Origin: a virus
Reading direction: 5' to 3' (one strand)
Length of the DNA stretch: 64,000 nt
Virus record (IMG/VR): IMGVR_UViG_3300045957_000047
Span: 1-64,000 of that record
A program made the translations under genes and the position numbers. The notes under the pieces were generated by a model. That model worked only from the letters and a program-made list of their open reading frames with translations. It ran no database searches and was not told the origin of the DNA. Position 1 is the stretch's first letter. Each line of letters begins with the position of its first letter. This document shows positions 1 through 8,678 of this stretch, piece after piece.

Positions 1-113
1 GGATTTTTTGAGCTGGGATTTTTTGAGCTGGGATTTTTTGAGCTGGGATTTTTTGAGCTGGGATTTTTTGAGCTGGGATTTTTTGAGCTGGGATTTTTTG
101 AGCTGGGATTTTT
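1..113. repeat. Tandem repeat (GGATTTTTTGAGCTG) x7 plus a partial copy
   Basis: 15-nt unit read directly at the window start; the array may continue upstream of the window. Confidence 0.9.
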
Positions 114-271
114 AAAATTGTCGTGTTTGTATTAGGAAGTTGACCATACCAACACATACCCCTACACACAAGATCGAATGGCCCCCTACACCCCCCTGCC
201 CTGCAACTAGACACACATCAACCAGGATACCTGCAAATCCATCAAAAAGAAGTCTAGACAAATCATTGTTA

Positions 272-318
272 TTTCATTCTTTTCATTCTTTTCATTCTTT
301 TCATTCTTTTCATTCTTT
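272..318. repeat. Tandem repeat (TTTCATTCT) x~5
   Basis: 9-nt unit read directly. Confidence 0.9.
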
Positions 319-330
319 TTGAAACCAATT

Positions 331-394
331 ACACGCGATCGATGAAACCAGACACACGCGATCAATGAAACCAGACACACGCGATCAATGAAAC
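331..394. repeat. 23-nt tandem repeat (ACACACGCGATCAATGAAACCAG) x~3
   Basis: Read directly; first and last copies are imperfect. Confidence 0.85.
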
Positions 395-591
395 TAATCA
401 CAGTCAACGTAACTCTTTGATTAGTCGATTATTAAAGTATCTAAACTAGTTACTTATGACTATCACTATTAAAAAGAGTGTAAATAGTTAATCATTGCAG
501 CAATGAAACTAATCACAGTCAACGTAACTCTTTGATTAGTCGATTATTAAAGTATCTAAACTAGTTACTTATGACTATCACTATTAAAAAG
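386..591. repeat. 91-bp direct repeat (386-476 and 501-591)
   Basis: Two identical AT-rich copies, CAATGAAACTAATC...CTATTAAAAAG, 115 bp apart. Confidence 0.9.
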
Positions 592-604
592 TTTTGATCA
601 GATG

Positions 605-633
605 TTGACAATGTATTGTTATGATGTTATCGT
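605..633 (+). promoter_or_regulatory. sigma70-type early promoter
   Basis: TTGACA-17nt-TATCGT with an extended -10 TG. Confidence 0.7.
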
Positions 634-731
634 TTGTTTGCTGTCACTAATTACATAGAGTGTAAATAGTTAAGCTGTTAGTAAAGCGCGTGATTTTTTG
701 ATTAAAAACTAACAATCAACACACAAGCAGC

Positions 732-760
732 TTGACAGACATAATTAGATAGCATATTAT
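732..760 (+). promoter_or_regulatory. sigma70-type early promoter
   Basis: TTGACA-17nt-TATTAT, about 30 nt upstream of the first gene. Confidence 0.8.
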
Positions 761-791
761 CTGATCACATCCTAACTAAGAGTAACTTATT

Positions 792-1172
792 ATGTTGACT
801 CATCAACTTATCGAAGAACATAACGATGACTGTTGTTACCGAACGAATCCGGATTGCTGGAATTGTAAACCGTCATTTATCATCACAAATGACGGTGAAG
901 TGTGCGGCATCGCTGATGATTTGTCGGAGTATATGAGCGCAGCATCATCTACTGACATGGTACAAGATCATCATGTTATTTATAACGTCGATATCGACGA
1001 TGTAGATACAGAAGAGTGGTCGCTAATGAGGGTTATCGAACTAGCGTACGGCACTGATGTACAAGCTTTGCTGTCTGATTGGGTCTCTCAAATCATAGAC
1101 TTACAAGAAAAATCGGCGGTCTGCTTTATCTCTGTAGACTCACGGACAATCAACGTCTACGCTTGCGATTGA
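792..1172 (+). CDS. Acidic early hypothetical protein
   Basis: 126-aa ORF directly after the promoter; Asp/Glu-rich. Confidence 0.8.
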   Translation: MLTHQLIEEHNDDCCYRTNPDCWNCKPSFIITNDGEVCGIADDLSEYMSAASSTDMVQDHHVIYNVDIDDVDTEEWSLMRVIELAYGTDVQALLSDWVSQIIDLQEKSAVCFISVDSRTINVYACD

Positions 1173-1225
1173 TACTAAATGACAGAGTATTGGTGAATTT
1201 TGTCAGTACTCTGCAATGTAGTATC
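1171..1225 (+). promoter_or_regulatory. Intergenic stem-loop, copy 1 (RNase III-site-like)
   Basis: Outer stem GATACTA/TAGTATC and inner stem CAGAGTATTG/CAGTACTCTG; homologous to 2327-2388. Confidence 0.65.
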
Positions 1226-1259
1226 CGTTCAACAACAACAACAAACTGGAGTAATGAAC

Positions 1260-1847
1260 ATGCCTGATTTAACACTCGTAGACGATATTTTTCCGCTTTA
1301 CGACTGGCCTGCGCACGAGTGCACCCCGTGCAATGTCTATATTGTCGTCGATCTCGACGGCGGATTACATGCAGAATACATATATAACCACGAGTTACAA
1401 CATGTCAATTACAAGTACGTACGCGTACCTTGTGATCTGTCAAAAGATCAATACGAGGAAATAATCTCAGAGTATCGAGAAGAATTTCTTGAACTGCTCG
1501 ATGACAATTGCTCTGACAAAGCAGCTCAACTGTTGAGTGAAGAAATCCATCGAGCGTACGCTGCTGAGTATCTTATGATCACTGATCGAGATAATAGTTT
1601 TTTCGAGTCAATGCATCATATTGATTTATCAGACTGCAAGTCTTTCGATGCTTTGTTCGATCTAGTGACTGAAAACTTATGCACAACACACTGTTGGTTA
1701 GATCCGAATCTATGCGACAAAGATTCACTACTCAAAGCTGTAGCTAGTTTTCTAGCGCACAAGCATCGCTATCATTATTGTTGTGATTTCGACGCTGAAT
1801 CAGTGTCGGAGATTGAAAAGCAGTTACTGGAAAAATATGAAGACTAA
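1260..1847 (+). CDS. Acidic Cys/His-rich early hypothetical protein
   Basis: ORF; GGAG RBS at ~1248 favours the ATG at 1260. Confidence 0.8.
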   Translation: MPDLTLVDDIFPLYDWPAHECTPCNVYIVVDLDGGLHAEYIYNHELQHVNYKYVRVPCDLSKDQYEEIISEYREEFLELLDDNCSDKAAQLLSEEIHRAYAAEYLMITDRDNSFFESMHHIDLSDCKSFDALFDLVTENLCTTHCWLDPNLCDKDSLLKAVASFLAHKHRYHYCCDFDAESVSEIEKQLLEKYED

Positions 1848-1861
1848 ACTGGAGCAATAAA

Positions 1862-2107
1862 ATGAGCAAATACATTATAAACGGCATCGATTACTCAGAG
1901 TATGCAGATACTCACGACGTAGATATGCTAGTGAGTGACCACGACAACAACAATATCGTAATAGATCTGGATGACTACCTATTTGAGAACCAAGTTAGGT
2001 TGTCGTTCATTAATGGTCAGTTTAAGCAAGCCAGGCAACAGTGCGATGAATACGGGCTTAATTACGAGCTGGAGCTGTACAAGTTCAAACAAGGTGACCG
2101 AGCATGA
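1862..2107 (+). CDS. Early hypothetical protein
   Basis: 81-aa ORF with GGAG RBS. Confidence 0.8.
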   Translation: MSKYIINGIDYSEYADTHDVDMLVSDHDNNNIVIDLDDYLFENQVRLSFINGQFKQARQQCDEYGLNYELELYKFKQGDRA

Positions 2108-2328
2108 GCGATCAAATAACCGGCACGTACGGCTCACAATATACCTCATGCACAATATTTGTATATGACGGCTGGTATGCAATAGAGGGGAGTTGCAACG
2201 TGAATCGATGTAATCCTGAACTACTAGTCGAAGGTGTGTACGTTGAACAATTACCTGACTATGACCACTTCACAGCTGACAATAGCATTAACTCAATTGA
2301 AGACTTAATACAAGCCATTGAGTCATAA
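2104..2328 (+). CDS. Acidic early hypothetical protein
   Basis: 74-aa ORF coupled to the upstream gene by an ATGA overlap. Confidence 0.8.
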   Translation: MSDQITGTYGSQYTSCTIFVYDGWYAIEGSCNVNRCNPELLVEGVYVEQLPDYDHFTADNSINSIEDLIQAIES

Positions 2329-2388
2329 CTGATATTAGATGACAGGGTATTGTGATTATTTGCAGTACCCTGCAATGTAGTATCAGTT
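2327..2388 (+). promoter_or_regulatory. Intergenic stem-loop, copy 2 (RNase III-site-like)
   Basis: Stems AACTGATATTA/TAGTATCAGTT and CAGGGTATTG/CAGTACCCTG; compensatory change relative to copy 1. Confidence 0.65.
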
Positions 2389-2413
2389 CAACAATAACCT
2401 GGAGTAACGAACA

Positions 2414-2842
2414 ATGATCGAAGTCACTAACTTATCAACGCTAGAAACTCAACACTACTATCACGGCAACGAACTGCACGCCGCCTGCATGGCGTATTGT
2501 TTAGAACATAAACGTTTATACTGGCTCAGTGAGCAGATTATGAACGGTGTAGACTTACGTAGCGCTTTACCCGTTGTAGAAACGGAGAATACTCTAGCCT
2601 GTGGTGACTGGTGTGTCACAAAAGTAGGTTACACGGCAGAGGAATACAACACAGCGCTACATTACGTCAAAGTAGCTAACGACTGCATACGTACAGATTG
2701 CGGCGTGGTTTATCAAAACAAGGAAGGTAAGGTAGCGATTGAGTTATATGTCAATCAACATTTTTCAGACCGCGTACATCCACACGCTTTACATGCGGCG
2801 TTAGAAAACCATACAGTAATTACAGGTAATTTTTTCTCATGA
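2414..2842 (+). CDS. Early hypothetical protein
   Basis: 142-aa ORF with GGAG RBS. Confidence 0.8.
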   Translation: MIEVTNLSTLETQHYYHGNELHAACMAYCLEHKRLYWLSEQIMNGVDLRSALPVVETENTLACGDWCVTKVGYTAEEYNTALHYVKVANDCIRTDCGVVYQNKEGKVAIELYVNQHFSDRVHPHALHAALENHTVITGNFFS

Positions 2843-3180
2843 AAATTAAACCCGAACATTTTCAAGTGCTTTCACAAGAATGTATCCATGATATTGGTGC
2901 GTTTATAACAACACTAAAAGTTGAAACGCCCATGGACATTAACGGTGGTTGTGAGTGCAACGCCAAGTATGAGGACGATTGTGAATGCTTAGCAATGACG
3001 TTAACAGTTAGCTGCAACGACGATGGTACACGATGGACTTACCAAACTGGCGACAACAGTTTCTCAGGCGCATGTTATATGCACCCGCATTGGTCAGTGC
3101 AACAGATCGTTAAAGGTGACGATATTGCAGAGTTACTGCAATCAATTGTTAATGATTTGAACGAACGGTTAGTAGACTAA
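2839..3180 (+). CDS. Early hypothetical protein
   Basis: 113-aa ORF, ATGA overlap with the upstream gene. Confidence 0.8.
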   Translation: MKIKPEHFQVLSQECIHDIGAFITTLKVETPMDINGGCECNAKYEDDCECLAMTLTVSCNDDGTRWTYQTGDNSFSGACYMHPHWSVQQIVKGDDIAELLQSIVNDLNERLVD

Positions 3181-3196
3181 CCTCAAACCATTACCC

Positions 3197-3212
3197 AGCA
3201 CAGGGACGTGCT
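3197..3212 (+). promoter_or_regulatory. CsrA/RsmA-like ANGGA hairpin
   Basis: AGCAC-AGGGAC-GTGCT just upstream of the RBS of the 3228 gene. Confidence 0.5.
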
Positions 3213-3227
3213 CACCAGGATAAAAAC

Positions 3228-3800
3228 ATGACAAGTATAACACTCGACTCAACACTATTAAAGACCGTACAGCCCTTCATTGCTGTTAAAGATGTACGAC
3301 CGTACCTGAATTATGCGTGCATTCGTAAAAACCATCTGTACGCCAACAACGGCGCAATGGGTATAAAGATACCCCTGAATATTGATGTAGATCTACCTGA
3401 GCAGATCCTTATTCCCCCGGTAAAAATCCCTCAATCTATAGAAAACGTCAAACTCACTGTCAGTGAGGATCAGTTGTTAATTGCTCAATATGACAAAAAC
3501 AACATTCAAAAATCAGTCACTCAACATATGTTAGACGACAAAGTAAAAGGTTACAGATACCCAGACTTAGATCGTATTTTCGATTCAAACATGACAGCAA
3601 AGCACACAGATATCGTACCTTTCACACTAGCAGGCAACATCATAAGACAGCTCGGCACGGCTTTCTCCACGACCAAAAGAAAATATCCGGAACCTTTAAC
3701 CATGCTCTGCCCTAAGTCCGACTCTAACAAAGTATACGTATTACCGGGCGATGACTGGCCGGTCGGCACGGTCGCTATCTGCATGAGATTAAAACGATAA
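3228..3800 (+). CDS. DNA polymerase III beta-clamp-like protein (partial clamp fold)
   Basis: Motifs KDVRPYLN, ANNG and GYRYPDLDRI resemble the clamp central domain (RxxLNG, ATDGHR, GxFPDYxRV). Confidence 0.6.
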   Translation: MTSITLDSTLLKTVQPFIAVKDVRPYLNYACIRKNHLYANNGAMGIKIPLNIDVDLPEQILIPPVKIPQSIENVKLTVSEDQLLIAQYDKNNIQKSVTQHMLDDKVKGYRYPDLDRIFDSNMTAKHTDIVPFTLAGNIIRQLGTAFSTTKRKYPEPLTMLCPKSDSNKVYVLPGDDWPVGTVAICMRLKR

Positions 3801-3828
3801 CCGCAACCCAGCACACGGACGTGCTCCA

Positions 3829-3978
3829 GACTTACCGCTAACAGCTGAGTTCTATCTGAACGGTAACACGTATATTAAAAAATCCTCACGAACCGCGTTA
3901 CTCGCTGAGTATGGTCAACGGTTCTATTTTTCACAGTACAGTCTGTGTATCGTCCACAATTATTCGACGATTCAATAA
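3829..3978 (+). pseudogene. 5'-truncated small phage ORF with no start codon
   Basis: Open frame DLPLTAEFYLNGNTYIKKSSRTALLAEYGQRFYFSQ... with no in-frame start back to the stop at 3790. Confidence 0.4.
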
Positions 3979-4031
3979 TTGAAACTCAAGTATACAGCGA
4001 CTAACTCTCCCTCATCCCGGAAGACTCAAAA

Positions 4032-4223
4032 ATGACCGACTCTGAAGTCGACACACGGACGTGTTGCTATTGTCTCTCCAATCCCCCCCCATCAACCTGG
4101 CAACAGCCGGAGTGCGACACTTTCTGTGAGACGTGCGAACAATACGTCTGCAGGCGACACAGTGACGCTATGCGCTGCCCTGAGTGCTCAGACACCCTAC
4201 TCCCTACCCACCACCTCTTTTAA
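4032..4223 (+). CDS. Small Cys-rich Zn-finger-like protein
   Basis: 63 aa containing CCYC, CETC, VCRRH and CPEC. Confidence 0.55.
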   Translation: MTDSEVDTRTCCYCLSNPPPSTWQQPECDTFCETCEQYVCRRHSDAMRCPECSDTLLPTHHLF

Positions 4224-4339
4224 AGCCTCAGAGGCGCTCCAGCGTCTTCGCAGGCGACAGGGGGAGGCGCTCAGCCTCCTGGGGTCAGGTATTGTCTCGG
4301 CTTTTGCTATGGCCCTTCTCACCCCTTGTAGTGTTAATG

Positions 4340-4800
4340 TTGTAAGTCATTGAAAACTAACTATTTTTTCTATCGAGTTAAATGTACGGATTTAACCTTT
4401 AGACAGCAGTGATTTGGATAAAGTAACCTAAGTTATTGATTTATATAATATATAGTTTACTACATACTACAATAATAATAGATATGGACAACATTCCTAT
4501 ACTCTCTCTAATACAGTCTATATTAATATTATTTTATTATTATTATACTAATATACTTATACTGTCTTACAATCTAAAGACTCCCCTGATAATACATATA
4601 TAACTATAGTGAGGCTAAAAATTAATTTTTTATATATTCTCTCTCTCGCACGGGGGGGTGTCCACTGGGTGGGCCAAAAGGCCCATGTCTGCCCTTTTGA
4701 AAAAATCTGAATTTTTCTGAAAAATCAACAACTTATCGAGTTCAGATAGGAAGCTAAAGAAAGTCCGACTTTTTGATAATTTACTACATTACTACCAAAA
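4340..4800. other. AT-rich noncoding block with IHF-like sites (candidate origin or packaging region)
   Basis: WATCAANNNNTTR matches at 4429-4441 (-) and 4723-4735 (+), a near-match at 4343-4355 (-), and a very AT-rich core. Confidence 0.5.
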
Positions 4801-4842
4801 TCAGCCTCAAAAAATAAGGCACAACGAAGGAACACGTTTTTT

Positions 4843-6219
4843 ATGAGCCAAAACAACGAACAAAATTTAGTCCTCTACAGCCACACGGTGCGCTATTTTC
4901 ACGCATACCCGACAGCGCCGAAGGATGGTTTTTTCTTCATCGAGGGATTGCTCCAGATAGGAAAAAGTGCCCCAACAGCCATCCCTGTTGCCTGGATCAA
5001 CAATTTTCGTAACCAGTTACAGCTCGAAGTTTTTCCGCTCAAACACTCTCGCCCTTACAACACCAACCACGTTCTCAAGAGTCTCAACAGCAGTATGGCC
5101 ACCTCTTTCGACTCTTTGGATGAAGCGCTAGAACGGCTACACAAAATTCTCCAAGACAAGGCTGCTCACAAAATGCTGACTCGCGAGAAGTGGATGAGTC
5201 ATCAGAAGCGTCGGTACGAGAAGACTCATTTTGCGTGCATGGATGTGGCTATGGCCAGCAAACCGGAGCCTCCGACCGATCTACTTCTGAACCTGCTGGC
5301 AGATCGCCGCGAATACACGCCAGCACAGCGCTCTTTACTGCTGACCAAGGGCGAGGACTCTGCCTTGCCTCAGACCCGCTCAGATAACAAAGAGAAAGCC
5401 AGGACAACAGGCTCGATCTGGGCTGATATACAAAAGAGAGAACCCACGTACTGGACTACCCGATTAGTCCGGGCGTATGCGATGGAAGCCCCTCTTCTGG
5501 TCACTCACCCAGGCGTTGCTAAGGTGCCGCACTACGAGGTGAACGTGCAAAACAGACTGCATCCAAAGGCGTTGGACAACTTTAAAAAAAGACTTGAAGC
5601 CATGCTGGACTTATCTCACAAAATCCCCTTCGCTCCCCCCAAGTATGCCGCCAGCAATCTAAGACTACCGGTAGGCCATCCGCTGAACGTCTGGCGAGTT
5701 CACAACAACCCCCCTTTGACAAACATGACTATGCACTCTTTAGTAGAGCTGCCTCACGAGAAATTCCTTGAGCTGCTGTGCCTACAGGCAAATTGGATGA
5801 CTGACTGGATGATTTTGTTTCACTCCGCCGTAGGCACAGCAGCTCGCGACCGCATTTTGGCTTACAGTAGCCTGTGGGTGAGCACTGGACAGACGATCTC
5901 GGAGACAAAAGTAGACAATGATTACATACAGACTCTTATAAATGAAGTGCTGAAGTCTCCAGAGTTTCTCGAACAGCATGCCCCTAGCGAGATCGATGTC
6001 TCCACCTTGCCGTCTCTGTCAAAGCAGGTCGTACAGGATCTGCCACCGAGAAAGCCTATAGCTCCCGACATGGAAGAAGATCCCGAAGATCCATTGGGGG
6101 TATACCAGCAGGTAGATGTACAAGACTATGAGCAATTACCTCATAGACAAAACCCAGGAAAGGCTAAACCCATCGACTTGTCAGGAATCGATCTTACCGC
6201 CCCAGTTAATAAAAAGTAA
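4843..6219 (+). CDS. Hypothetical protein (458 aa)
   Basis: Long ORF with AAGGA RBS; no motif recognised. Confidence 0.85.
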   Translation: MSQNNEQNLVLYSHTVRYFHAYPTAPKDGFFFIEGLLQIGKSAPTAIPVAWINNFRNQLQLEVFPLKHSRPYNTNHVLKSLNSSMATSFDSLDEALERLHKILQDKAAHKMLTREKWMSHQKRRYEKTHFACMDVAMASKPEPPTDLLLNLLADRREYTPAQRSLLLTKGEDSALPQTRSDNKEKARTTGSIWADIQKREPTYWTTRLVRAYAMEAPLLVTHPGVAKVPHYEVNVQNRLHPKALDNFKKRLEAMLDLSHKIPFAPPKYAASNLRLPVGHPLNVWRVHNNPPLTNMTMHSLVELPHEKFLELLCLQANWMTDWMILFHSAVGTAARDRILAYSSLWVSTGQTISETKVDNDYIQTLINEVLKSPEFLEQHAPSEIDVSTLPSLSKQVVQDLPPRKPIAPDMEEDPEDPLGVYQQVDVQDYEQLPHRQNPGKAKPIDLSGIDLTAPVNKK

Positions 6220-6238
6220 CATTTTATCTGATAGAAGG

Positions 6239-6267
6239 TTGACATTAATAGAATCTATCACTACTCT
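6239..6267 (+). promoter_or_regulatory. sigma70-type promoter overlapped by an inverted repeat
   Basis: TTGACA-17nt-TACTCT, with TGATAGA (6229-6235) and TCTATCA (6254-6260). Confidence 0.55.
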
Positions 6268-6298
6268 AGTTACCATCCTATCGAGTTCTACGATTGTC

Positions 6299-6859
6299 AT
6301 GAACTACAAACTCAAAAAAGACTTGCTCCTGTGCCGCCTGGCTTGGCCCACTACCCCAGAAAGAAGGTCTCAAGCGCTTGAACACCGGCGTGTAATGACC
6401 CAGGCTAGGCGGAAGGTGTTGGCCTATGCACCCATAGAGTTCCACAGCACCGGGCTTCAACTGATGTCACGCGGCTGTCTGGACGATCTCAAGAGGGAGA
6501 TCATGCGGGTGCTCACTCAGGTCCACTACGAGCAGATGCCCCTACTCAGCGCCTTCCCTGCCCCGTCACAACAGGGGTCTGACGCACTCTACCGTCTGAC
6601 AATCAACCGGGAGCTGGCGTTGATCTCGGAAGACTTCGTGGAGATCCAGGAACGCATACGTCAGGCAGGTACCCCGTGTGCCAGAGCCTTTGACAACCCT
6701 CAGAAGCGTATCGAGCAGGTCGCTGGGATCGCAACCTTACCGATGATGCCCAAAGCCCGTCAGTTCTGTGAGCAGATCGCTAAGCTTACCGACGCACAAA
6801 AACAACACCGCCTGGCTGGCAAGCTCAGCCTTTTTATTCAACAAGAGATGACATTGTAA
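6299..6859 (+). CDS. Hypothetical protein
   Basis: ORF; ATG 6299 avoids overlap with the upstream gene and promoter. Confidence 0.75.
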   Translation: MNYKLKKDLLLCRLAWPTTPERRSQALEHRRVMTQARRKVLAYAPIEFHSTGLQLMSRGCLDDLKREIMRVLTQVHYEQMPLLSAFPAPSQQGSDALYRLTINRELALISEDFVEIQERIRQAGTPCARAFDNPQKRIEQVAGIATLPMMPKARQFCEQIAKLTDAQKQHRLAGKLSLFIQQEMTL

Positions 6860-7146
6860 TGACGACTATTCTGGATCTACGGATCACGACTTATCTGCTT
6901 TCAGGGCCTAAGACTTTGCAAGACCTGTATGAAAAATTCATGGACTCACACAGCGTGACAGTGCGCTCTCGGGTATGCCGACTGTCCGACATGGGGTACC
7001 TGATAAAAGAGTCAAAGAAAAGAAAATCCGGAGAAGTCGGACGGATGCCGACGGTTGTAAAAATAACGACTTTTGGCCGTCAGGCTGCTAAAGAAGAGCT
7101 GAAGTCTCTTGAAAGCCTCAAGAAAAAAGAGGAGGTCAAAAAATGA
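6859..7146 (+). CDS. Winged helix-turn-helix DNA-binding protein (PadR/MarR-like)
   Basis: Pattern LLSGPKTLQDL...VRSRVCRLSDMGYL...GRMPTVVKITTFGR. Confidence 0.75.
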   Translation: MTTILDLRITTYLLSGPKTLQDLYEKFMDSHSVTVRSRVCRLSDMGYLIKESKKRKSGEVGRMPTVVKITTFGRQAAKEELKSLESLKKKEEVKK

Positions 7147-7571
7147 TTGTACAAAGTGGAGATAAAGTGGTGAACATTTTCGAAAAAGCCAGCCGCCAGG
7201 CACTGCGGTTTCAGACCAACAAAGGCGAAATCACCGTCGAGCAACTGTGGAAACTACCACTGACGGGGAGTGCTGATAGTTTCAACTTGGATGACCTGGC
7301 TAAGCTGGTCCACAAGGAGATTAAGGAGTCACAGAAATTTTCGTTTGTCTCCGAAAAGGCGAACCCAGTGGACACCGACAACGAGCTGAGACTGTCAATC
7401 CTTAAGCACATTATTCGTGTGAAGAAAGATTGGAAGAACGAGAAGTCAGAGGCCCTGCGCAAGCAGAAGCTCCGCAAGCAGCTGCTGGATGTACTGGCTG
7501 AAAAAGAAGCCGAGTCTTTACAGAGTCTGACGCCTGAGCAGATCAAACAGAAGCTTGACGAACTCGGATAA
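7143..7571 (+). CDS. Conserved phage coiled-coil protein
   Basis: FEKASRxxLRF...GEITVEQLWKLPL pattern recalled from phage proteins; start may be GTG 7170. Confidence 0.75.
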   Translation: MIVQSGDKVVNIFEKASRQALRFQTNKGEITVEQLWKLPLTGSADSFNLDDLAKLVHKEIKESQKFSFVSEKANPVDTDNELRLSILKHIIRVKKDWKNEKSEALRKQKLRKQLLDVLAEKEAESLQSLTPEQIKQKLDELG

Positions 7572-7578
7572 CTGAACC

Positions 7579-7594
7579 GGCCCCTTCGGGGGCC
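7579..7594 (+). other. cUUCGg tetraloop hairpin
   Basis: GGCCCC-TTCG-GGGGCC in the intergenic space, with no U-tract. Confidence 0.6.
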
Positions 7595-7609
7595 ACCTGG
7601 AGAATAAAC

Positions 7610-7987
7610 ATGAGAATAATCAACATCAACCCCTGTGAGTTTAGGTATCTCGTGCAGAACGCTCGCAGAGGTGAAGGTGTCGAATGGACCGGTCAGCGAG
7701 GCAGTCGCCACCACTTTAAAGTCTACAAACGGTTCACACTTAACACCCCACGCCCCTACTTTTTCGGCGTGTTCATTGAGGCATCACTGCAAGAGTATGC
7801 CAAGACAGCAATCCTGCACAGCGCTATTCCTGACAGCAACGGTGTAGTCTTGTACGACTCTGGCCGTCAGACCTGGACGGATGCGGTGGGTGAATACTCA
7901 CTGCAGGCACTGGTTCACGCTCACTCGGAACTGTTCCGGTTTGACTGTGAGTATGTTAACGAGATGATCCACGGAGAGCTGGCGTGA
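7610..7987 (+). CDS. Hypothetical protein
   Basis: 125-aa ORF with GGAG RBS. Confidence 0.75.
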   Translation: MRIININPCEFRYLVQNARRGEGVEWTGQRGSRHHFKVYKRFTLNTPRPYFFGVFIEASLQEYAKTAILHSAIPDSNGVVLYDSGRQTWTDAVGEYSLQALVHAHSELFRFDCEYVNEMIHGELA

Positions 7988-8676
7988 ACACAGCAGATAA
8001 CTTAAACAAACTGGCTGACTTTATAGAAAAGAACGTCAGTCAAAAGCAGTTGGACATGAGCTACTGCCGATTAGATGAGGAGGGGAACAGGGTTCATTTT
8101 ATAAGCCAAGATGACTGTGGGACATCTGGCTGTGCTTTGGGCTGGGCACCGTTCGTACTTGGTTTAGAGCCGGTTGATAGTGACTTCGTTGAGTCAGAAG
8201 AATGGTTTCAAGTCCCGGAGAGTCGTCGTTTTCTTATTTTTCACGTTTATGGCCGGAGGATATTCCCGGACCTCACGGATAGAGACTGGTACGAGGTTTT
8301 TCACGAAAGGCTCTCCTCAGACAAGGCTGAGGTAATCGCCAGACTTCGTGACATGGCAGAACGATTGAAAAGAAAACAATCAGCTGCAAAGATGCGGTGT
8401 TGGATACGCTTGATCGACAGTGCTGAGTGGACTATCTACGAAATAGGCGAAAGCCTCCCCGACATAAGCAGAGTCGCTCGATTGGTCGGGATCGAGTACA
8501 CCGATGGTAGTCGGGTATGGGAAGACTGTCCTCCCCCGGCAGAGTCAGGTCACTATGCATTCTTAAGAGACGACGGGGAGATGGTTGTCACCACGCTTGA
8601 CGGCTCAGAAACGCAAGACTTTGCTGAAGAGAACTGTTACCCGTACTGGTGTCGCCTGACACCTCCAAGAGAATAA
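7984..8676 (+). CDS. Hypothetical phage protein
   Basis: 230-aa ORF containing CGTSGCALGW. Confidence 0.8.
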   Translation: MNTADNLNKLADFIEKNVSQKQLDMSYCRLDEEGNRVHFISQDDCGTSGCALGWAPFVLGLEPVDSDFVESEEWFQVPESRRFLIFHVYGRRIFPDLTDRDWYEVFHERLSSDKAEVIARLRDMAERLKRKQSAAKMRCWIRLIDSAEWTIYEIGESLPDISRVARLVGIEYTDGSRVWEDCPPPAESGHYAFLRDDGEMVVTTLDGSETQDFAEENCYPYWCRLTPPRE

Positions 8677-8678
8677 AC

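Noticed and set aside
140-407. ORFs 140-322 (+) and 207-407 (-)
   Set aside because: They are by-products of the 9-nt and 23-nt tandem repeats, lie upstream of the first promoters and lack an RBS
1-600. CRISPR array
   Set aside because: The repeats are head-to-tail with no unique spacers, and no cas operon is present
7579-7594. Rho-independent terminator
   Set aside because: It is a stable UUCG hairpin but has no downstream U-tract and is followed directly by an RBS
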